Source: Cyanobacteria bacterium P01_D01_bin.156
Lineage (GTDB): Bacteria > Cyanobacteriota > Cyanobacteriia > Phormidesmidales > Phormidesmidaceae
Length of the DNA stretch: 13,059 bases
Direction of reading: 5' to 3'
NCBI GenBank assembly: GCA_039024555.1
Contig: JBCCQQ010000103.1
Span: 1-13,059, forward strand
A program made the translations under genes and the position numbers. The first letter of the stretch is position 1, and the number at the start of each line of letters is the position of its first letter. The notes under the pieces are model-generated. The model was not told the origin of the DNA. It did no database searches and saw nothing but the letters and a program-made list of their open reading frames with translations. Below, piece after piece: positions 7,303 through 13,059 of this stretch.

Positions 7303-7321
7303 ATTGAGAATCAATGTCAAA
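7303..7321. promoter_or_regulatory. Fur-box-like palindrome ATTGAGAAT-C-AATGTCAAA upstream of the ferredoxin gene
   Basis: 9-1-9 inverted repeat with an ATTGAGAAT half-site, 44-62 nt upstream of the ferredoxin ATG. Confidence 0.65.
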
Positions 7322-7338
7322 TAAAAACCAAGGTTGAC

Positions 7339-7360
7339 CTCTAAAAAATATTTTTTAGAG
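7339..7360. promoter_or_regulatory. Perfect 22-bp palindrome CTCTAAAAAATATTTTTTAGAG, candidate operator
   Basis: Exact 11+11 inverted repeat in the ferredoxin/ABC divergent intergenic region. Confidence 0.45.
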
Positions 7361-7480
7361 AATTTAAAAGCTGTGAAAAAGATAGACTAGATCGACCCAA
7401 ATCAGTTTTTTGTCAGGGTTGAATACTTACAGGCAGCTTTAATCTCGGTAGAAAATAAGACATATAATATTAAAATATTT

Positions 7481-7499
7481 AATGAGAATCTATCTTATT
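7481..7499. promoter_or_regulatory. Fur-box-like palindrome AATGAGAAT-C-TATCTTATT upstream of the ABC ATPase gene
   Basis: 9-1-9 inverted repeat, 6/9 symmetric, about 100 nt upstream of ATG 7599. Confidence 0.6.
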
Positions 7500-7598
7500 T
7501 ATGGAAAAGCTGTATTCATATAGTGAGTTCATAGCTAAGGATGCTGTGGCCCAGTAACTGACGTAGATGTTCTTCTGTGCGAGGTGGGGGTTTGAATT

Positions 7599-8477
7599 AT
7601 GCTAGCTATTCGGAATCTCAATAAGACTTATGCTAATGGGATTCAAGCACTCAAAGATATCTCTTTAGAGATCGATAAGGGCATCTTTGGGCTGCTGGGT
7701 CCTAACGGTGCAGGGAAATCTTCTCTTATGCGGACATTGGCCACTCTCCAAGATGCCGATAGCGGTTCCATCAGCTTGAATGGTATTGATATCCTCAAGG
7801 AGCACCAATTGGCTCGGCGTCAGTTGGGTTATTTGCCTCAAGATTTTGGCATATATCCTAACGTCTCTGCGGCAGAGCTTTTGAATCAATTGGCAGTCTT
7901 CAAGGGGTTTACCCACAGCCGACAGCGTCGAGATATGGTGGCCCATCAGCTGCATTTGGTTAATCTCTACGATCAGCGCCATCAGAAGCTGGAGACTTTT
8001 TCTGGCTGCATGCGTCAGCGCTTTGGCATTGCCCAGGCCTTATTAGGGGAACCTAAGCTGGTGATCGTTGATGAACCAACTGCAGGATTAGATCCTACGG
8101 AGCGGATCCGATTTCAGAACCTGCTGGCGGAGATCGCCCAAGATCGGGTGCTGTTGCTATCTACTCACATCGTTGAAGATGTGGCTGAGCTATGTACTCA
8201 GATGGCAATTTTGCAACAAGGCCAGATTGTGCGGCAGGGTAGTCCTTTTGAGTTAATGGAGTCTTTGCAAGGTCAAATTTGGTCCAAGTGGGTGAATACT
8301 CCCGCCGATATTGATCCTAATTGGCGATTGATCATCTCACGAATGATACGGGGGCAGCGCTCTGTCCGAATATGGAGTGAAACGTATCTAGGGAAAGAAT
8401 TCGAGATTGTTGAACCTGAGCTGAGTGATGTGTATTTTACCGCTTTGATGAAGACGCCTGTTGCGCTGCGGTCTTAG
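7599..8477 (+). CDS. ABC-2-type transporter ATP-binding protein (signature altered to FSGCM)
   Basis: Walker A GPNGAGKS, Q-loop GYLPQ, Walker B VIVDEPTAGLDP, H-loop STH. Confidence 0.92.
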   Translation: MLAIRNLNKTYANGIQALKDISLEIDKGIFGLLGPNGAGKSSLMRTLATLQDADSGSISLNGIDILKEHQLARRQLGYLPQDFGIYPNVSAAELLNQLAVFKGFTHSRQRRDMVAHQLHLVNLYDQRHQKLETFSGCMRQRFGIAQALLGEPKLVIVDEPTAGLDPTERIRFQNLLAEIAQDRVLLLSTHIVEDVAELCTQMAILQQGQIVRQGSPFELMESLQGQIWSKWVNTPADIDPNWRLIISRMIRGQRSVRIWSETYLGKEFEIVEPELSDVYFTALMKTPVALRS

Positions 8478-8552
8478 CTGACTGCAGATGTACTGCATTT
8501 GGGTAGGCACAAGATCCACCCCTATATTATGTCTTTTGTCTCTATGTCTTCT

Positions 8553-11500
8553 ATGCTTGCTATTCTTCTCTTCGAGATTCGCTACCATCTACGTCGACCC
8601 ACGTTTTGGTTGATTGCAGGGCTATTTTTCACCATTGGTTTGGTAGATATTGTTACCAAAGCGAGTGAAGGCAACGCATTCTTCTTTGTCAATAGCCCTT
8701 CACAAATCTTTCAGACAACAGTTTGGTATACAATTTTTGGTCTTTTAGCGGCCTCAGCCTTTGTGGCTGAGACATTTGTGCGAGATAGCAATACTCGGAT
8801 GGAGTCGCTGATTTTGGCTACACCTATTCGTAAGTGGGACTATCTAGCAACGCGGTTCGGGGCAGCGTTTGGGGTGACGGTATTGGCATTTTCCTGCTAC
8901 ATCCCTGGCATGATACTGGGTACGTTGTTTCCAGGCTTAAATCCTTATGCGTTAGGTCCGTTACGTTTAGATGCTTATCTAGCCGCCTATTGCTTGATTG
9001 CATTACCGAATTTGTTAGTGGTGAGTGCGATCTCATTTGCCATTGCCGCTCGCACCCGTAGCCTAGCTATCACCTACGCCGGGGCCATTGTGTTGGTCAT
9101 GCTCTATTTGGCATCGCTGATGATGGTAGGGGCTGATGTTATTAACTATCAACATTATCAGCTGTGGGCCATGGTGGATCCCTTTGGGTTTTATGCCTTT
9201 GAGGCTAAAACGCTTGCCTGGACAGTGCATCAGCATAATACTCAAATGCCCTCACTGGGGGGGAGTTTAGCTTGGAATCGACTGCTGTGGCTAGCCGTGG
9301 GAGCCGCTACTTGGACCGTTAGCTACGTTAGCTATTCTATGCAGCCCCGCACCGCTCAAAAGAAGCAAAAGAGACAAAAGAGTGGGGGCAGCTATATGAC
9401 AGATATTCTCTATATCCCTCTCCCTGCAACTTCTCAGCCAGTGGGGTTTTGGGCAGGTATGCAACAGTGGCTCATCCGCAGCGGCTTTGAAATGCGCACG
9501 GTGCTCCGGGGCCAAGCATTTTGGTTACTCACAGCCTTTGGCCTGATGAGTTTAGTGATGACCGCAATCGGTAGCCAATCGTTTAACTACTCTAATCCTA
9601 GTACTGATATATTGATCCATTCAGCTAATATCTATCTGGACTATATTCTGTTTGCCATTATTGCGGTGTACGCGGCTGAGCTATTATGGCGCGATCGCAC
9701 CCTGCGGCTGCAGGCCGTCATCGATGCTACTCCTGTTTCCAATGGGGTGCTGCTGTTTTCTAAACTTACTGCTCTGTTTGCCATCATCACAATCAACCTG
9801 CTGTTGGCCATGGCGGTTTTAGTCGCCTACCAAATCGTTTCAGGCTATACCCAGTTTGAATTTCCCCTCTACTTTCAAATGTTGTTTGGAGAGCATGGGC
9901 CTTACTATTACCTGACCGCAGTTCTAGCCCTCTTTACCCAAGTGGTCACCCGTCACAAATATGCCGGTATGGCCCTTACGGTTTTAATCTCTCTTATTTA
10001 TATTCCCTTAAATTCTCTGGGTCTGTACCATAACCTCTACCGCTGGGCCGCCACCAACGACATCGAATACTCGTTGATGAACGGCTACGGTCACCTGTTT
10101 ACAGGCCATCTTTGGTACAGTCTCTACTGGGGTATTGTTGGTGGAATTTTGATGCTGGTGGCCTATATTTTATGGCCACGGGGAGAACGGCGACGGAGAG
10201 CTTGGGCTTTAGTCGGTGGGCGAGTCAAACAGCTGTTGACCGTTTTGGTGATGAGCTGGGCTACGGTGGGCGGTTGGATTCTTTACAACACAACGATAGT
10301 GAATGCCTATCAGCCTCCTGGCAAAGAACAAACCGCTGCCGAGATTGAACGCCGCTTTAAGCAGTATGAGACGTTACCGATGCCAGTGGTAACTCATACG
10401 GTCCTCAACATTGAGCTATATCCTGACCAGCGTTACTTTCAGGCCCAGGGAGAATACCAACTAGAGAATCGTACCGACCAGCCCATTGGTGAAATTCATC
10501 TGATCACCTTTATCAACCTTGAACTCGGTGAGGTAACTTATCCAGGAGCTACCCTGCGAGAGGCCTATCCCGACTGGGGATACTACATTTATGACCTAGC
10601 CACGCCGCTGCTGCCTGGGGAGGAACAAACTCTCAGCTTTGTGACCCAAACAGAGCGTCCCCGTGGGTTTCAAAACCATGTGGACAGCGATGACGTATAC
10701 ATGGTTTATCCCAACGAAGTGGTGGGTAACGGGACTAATCTCTACAGTCCATTTATTTTGCCTTTTGTTGGCTATACCAAAATGGTGGAGCACAAAAAAG
10801 CATGGCTGCGAGCCAAGCTCGACCTGCCTGCCTTAGATGAGCGCATGCGTCCCCATAATGACCCGACTGGTCTAGCCCAGGGACTGATGCTTACCCATCT
10901 CGCCTGGGGGACTACCGATGTCACCATTGGTACCGATGGCGATCAAACCCCTGTGAGCACGGGACAGCTAGTAGAGCGGTGGACTGAGGGCGATCGCAAC
11001 TACGCCCGCTATCGTTCATCTCAACCAAGTCGTGGCAAATTTACTCTCTACTCTGGAGACTATGCCATCCATCGAGACACCACCTATCGGGTGCCCATTG
11101 AGATTTACTACCACCCTCAGCATGATGACAACATTGAGCTAATTGCCCAGCAGGTGGGTCAGGCGCTCACCTTTTACGAAGACAAATTTGGACCCTACCC
11201 CTTTCAACAGGTGCGGGTGGTGGAGTTTGTTTACTATGACGGCATGGTGTTCTCAGAGGGAGGCACCCTGGGGATTCCTGAAGTGTTGGTGTGGAAAAGT
11301 CAGGCCCAGGGGTTGGGGAAAGAGCATATTGCCAGCTGGGCCACCTATCTATTGGCCCAGGCTTGGTGGGAAGACCAGCTGATTGCTGCCGATGTAGCTG
11401 GGGGTATGACTCTGCGAGAGTCGCTGAGTGCCTATGCTAGTAATTTGTATTTGCGATCGCAACGCACCCCCGAACAACAGGAACTGGCCCAAAAACAACG

Positions 11501-12149
11501 CATGCGAGATTTCTTCCGTAACCTTGGCAAAATAGACTTCCAAGAACCCCCTCTGGTCGATATCTATAACGAATTACCCATTGCCCGCCATAAAGGCAGC
11601 ATGATTTTAGAACTGATCGAAGACCAGATTGGCCAAGATTCCCTATTAGAAGGAATCCAAACATTTCTGCAAAAATATCGCTATCAGCCTGCGCCCTATG
11701 CCACTGTTCTGGATTTACGGGATGCAATCCTTGCCCAGGCGAATGATTCAAATCAGCAAACAACCATCCGTGAGCTGTTTGCCCAAGTTGTTACTTATCA
11801 GGTAGGTCTTGCTGATGCCGTATATACCCCTCGCTCCGATGGCAAATTTGATGTCCAGCTCACATTAGAAGCCCAAAAGCTTCAAGCCAGCGGACTTGGT
11901 CAGCAAAAGACTATGCCTGTCAACCTACCAGTAACGATTCGCCTGGCTGATGAGAATGATCAGCCTATTCATGTTGTTAAACCTTTATTAAATAATTTCC
12001 AAATGACTCTCACGTTTGTGACGAATCAACAACCCACCTATGCGAAGATTGATCCTGCTTATAAGCTTCCCTCTGCCTATTTACAAGACAATATAAAGCA
12101 ATTCAGGCTAGGTCCTTCTAGAGACTTGAAGACGGGCGAAAGAAAATGA
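8553..12149 (+). CDS. Double ABC-2 permease fused to a degenerate M1-aminopeptidase-like domain (about 1200 aa)
   Basis: Two multi-TM halves (RD...M..LI.ATP..K.DYL..RF; WRDR...IDATP), then a soluble domain with FGPYPFQQVRVVEF, WW, ESLSAYA and KGSMIL. Start uncertain (TTG 8499; ATG 8529, 8544 or 8553). Confidence 0.85.
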   Translation: MLAILLFEIRYHLRRPTFWLIAGLFFTIGLVDIVTKASEGNAFFFVNSPSQIFQTTVWYTIFGLLAASAFVAETFVRDSNTRMESLILATPIRKWDYLATRFGAAFGVTVLAFSCYIPGMILGTLFPGLNPYALGPLRLDAYLAAYCLIALPNLLVVSAISFAIAARTRSLAITYAGAIVLVMLYLASLMMVGADVINYQHYQLWAMVDPFGFYAFEAKTLAWTVHQHNTQMPSLGGSLAWNRLLWLAVGAATWTVSYVSYSMQPRTAQKKQKRQKSGGSYMTDILYIPLPATSQPVGFWAGMQQWLIRSGFEMRTVLRGQAFWLLTAFGLMSLVMTAIGSQSFNYSNPSTDILIHSANIYLDYILFAIIAVYAAELLWRDRTLRLQAVIDATPVSNGVLLFSKLTALFAIITINLLLAMAVLVAYQIVSGYTQFEFPLYFQMLFGEHGPYYYLTAVLALFTQVVTRHKYAGMALTVLISLIYIPLNSLGLYHNLYRWAATNDIEYSLMNGYGHLFTGHLWYSLYWGIVGGILMLVAYILWPRGERRRRAWALVGGRVKQLLTVLVMSWATVGGWILYNTTIVNAYQPPGKEQTAAEIERRFKQYETLPMPVVTHTVLNIELYPDQRYFQAQGEYQLENRTDQPIGEIHLITFINLELGEVTYPGATLREAYPDWGYYIYDLATPLLPGEEQTLSFVTQTERPRGFQNHVDSDDVYMVYPNEVVGNGTNLYSPFILPFVGYTKMVEHKKAWLRAKLDLPALDERMRPHNDPTGLAQGLMLTHLAWGTTDVTIGTDGDQTPVSTGQLVERWTEGDRNYARYRSSQPSRGKFTLYSGDYAIHRDTTYRVPIEIYYHPQHDDNIELIAQQVGQALTFYEDKFGPYPFQQVRVVEFVYYDGMVFSEGGTLGIPEVLVWKSQAQGLGKEHIASWATYLLAQAWWEDQLIAADVAGGMTLRESLSAYASNLYLRSQRTPEQQELAQKQRMRDFFRNLGKIDFQEPPLVDIYNELPIARHKGSMILELIEDQIGQDSLLEGIQTFLQKYRYQPAPYATVLDLRDAILAQANDSNQQTTIRELFAQVVTYQVGLADAVYTPRSDGKFDVQLTLEAQKLQASGLGQQKTMPVNLPVTIRLADENDQPIHVVKPLLNNFQMTLTFVTNQQPTYAKIDPAYKLPSAYLQDNIKQFRLGPSRDLKTGERK

Positions 12150-12157
12150 TTTTCATT
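12139..12157. promoter_or_regulatory. Fur-box-like palindrome AAAGAAAAT-G-ATTTTCATT over the stop codon of the permease fusion
   Basis: 8/9 symmetric 9-1-9 repeat, with the same GAAAATGATTTTC core as the 3384-3402 site. Confidence 0.4.
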
Positions 12158-12202
12158 AGAAAGTCTTGAGTAATGATCCTGTGAGATAAGATGTAACCTC
12201 CT

Positions 12203-12832
12203 TCACCTTAGCTCCTCAAAACACTGCTGGATCATCCCTCGGTTATGCACTCCCATTTCCCAAGCCTGCTTTCCCTCCTCCGAGGTCAACCACTGCAATG
12301 CCGCCAGTTCAGCCGATGATAAGATTTTAGCCTGTCCCCCTCGGGATATCCGATGCATACCCAAAGCATAACCAAAACCTACACCCCCAAACATCAATAG
12401 CGCTGCTACACCCAACGCAGGCAAGCCTGCCCGCATCCACAATTGCTTATCATTAACTCGGTCAATCTGCTTGCAGTGCTGAATGACTGCTTTCTCCACC
12501 GCCAGTCCTAGCTCCGTACCCAATTCCTTGGACAGGTCGAAATGCTTCTGAGCCAACATGCCTCGCAACTGCTCTTTCAAGTCTTGAGATAGTGCACCAA
12601 AGCTTTTGACCTCACTCTTTACCTGGTCCTGAAATACCGTTGGAACCTTGGCCAACTGGGTCAGGTTTTCCAGGTTGACTGCATAGATCGAGCTAATCAC
12701 TGCTGCAATCGGGTCTGTTACCCGTACCCCATAGTCTGCCAGGATACGGGTAACGGCCTGTTTGGCCTCAGTTCCATATTGCTTGAGGACAGAATCCAAG
12801 GAATTGGGAGCATGGTGAGTGGATATCGTCAT
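12203..12832 (-). CDS. Hypothetical membrane-anchored coiled-coil protein, resembling cyanobacterial plasmid mobilisation-associated (DUF6753-like) proteins
   Basis: G...DP N-terminal motif, helical middle, one TM (ALGVAALLMFGGVGFGYALG), then WLTSEEGKQA; family assignment from memory. Confidence 0.6.
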   Translation of the reverse strand: MTISTHHAPNSLDSVLKQYGTEAKQAVTRILADYGVRVTDPIAAVISSIYAVNLENLTQLAKVPTVFQDQVKSEVKSFGALSQDLKEQLRGMLAQKHFDLSKELGTELGLAVEKAVIQHCKQIDRVNDKQLWMRAGLPALGVAALLMFGGVGFGYALGMHRISRGGQAKILSSAELAALQWLTSEEGKQAWEMGVHNRGMIQQCFEELR

Positions 12833-13059
12833 CGGCTTACCTCATGAGGTGGTGGACTATGAGAACGTTGCGCCAGTAGCATTTCTTGTTGTGCCTGGGC
12901 ACCCAGAGTTTCAAATCTTTGAGCGTCATTAGGCGTAATGGTGACGTGACTGAGTGTCCCCTGCTCCACCTGGAGCACGGATTTACCGTCATGGCTGGTT
13001 GCCGAAAAACTAAGCCCATCCGGAGAGCCGCGCAGATGATACTGATCGGTCTCCATGGC
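12829..13059 (-). CDS. C-terminal end of a larger protein starting outside the window (possibly a plasmid relaxase/mobilisation protein)
   Basis: The frame is open to the window edge; ATGA overlap with the downstream gene; Gln-rich low-complexity tail. Confidence 0.5.
   Translation of the reverse strand, partial: AMETDQYHLRGSPDGLSFSATSHDGKSVLQVEQGTLSHVTITPNDAQRFETLGAQAQQEMLLAQRSHSPPPHEVSR

Larger units (their letters stand above)
12..11460. repeat. Dispersed HIP1 octamers GCGATCGC (12, 1475, 1984, 6532, 9691, 10990, 11453)
   Basis: Seven exact copies found by reading the sequence; a hallmark of cyanobacterial genomes. Confidence 0.85.

Noticed and set aside
55..11763. Short ORFs nested in or antisense to the main genes (e.g. 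55-255, 967-1167, 1944-2249, 2440-2679, 3511-3750, 7665-7982, 11437-11763)
   Set aside because: Shadow frames of well-supported genes with no recognisable motifs.
1..13059. CRISPR array, tRNA/rRNA, transposase or integrase
   Set aside because: No repeat-spacer periodicity, RNA-gene signature or recombinase motif seen.

Overview
Cyanobacterial DNA (7 HIP1 GCGATCGC octamers, photosystem II genes), probably an accessory or plasmid region. Left: the end of a devB-devC-devA-type ABC exporter operon and a class I fructose-bisphosphate aldolase. Centre (AT-richer by eye): a conserved cyanobacterial hypothetical gene and a non-canonical cytochrome b559 cassette. The cassette has a divergent psbE, a psbF fused in frame to a PsbY-like helix, and a second 47-aa PsbY-like ORF missing from the ORF track; psbL and psbJ are absent. 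It is followed by an exported TPR protein, an exported hypothetical protein and a plant-type ferredoxin. Right: an ABC ATPase with an altered signature motif, an ABC-2 permease fused to an M1-peptidase-like domain that lacks its zinc motif, and two plasmid-backbone-like genes. Six Fur-box-like 9-1-9 palindromes are present: five in the three divergent promoter regions and one over a stop codon. The inferred picture is a metal (iron)-regulated module carrying an alternative PSII cytochrome b559/PsbY unit. Family assignments come from motif recognition only; no database searches were run.
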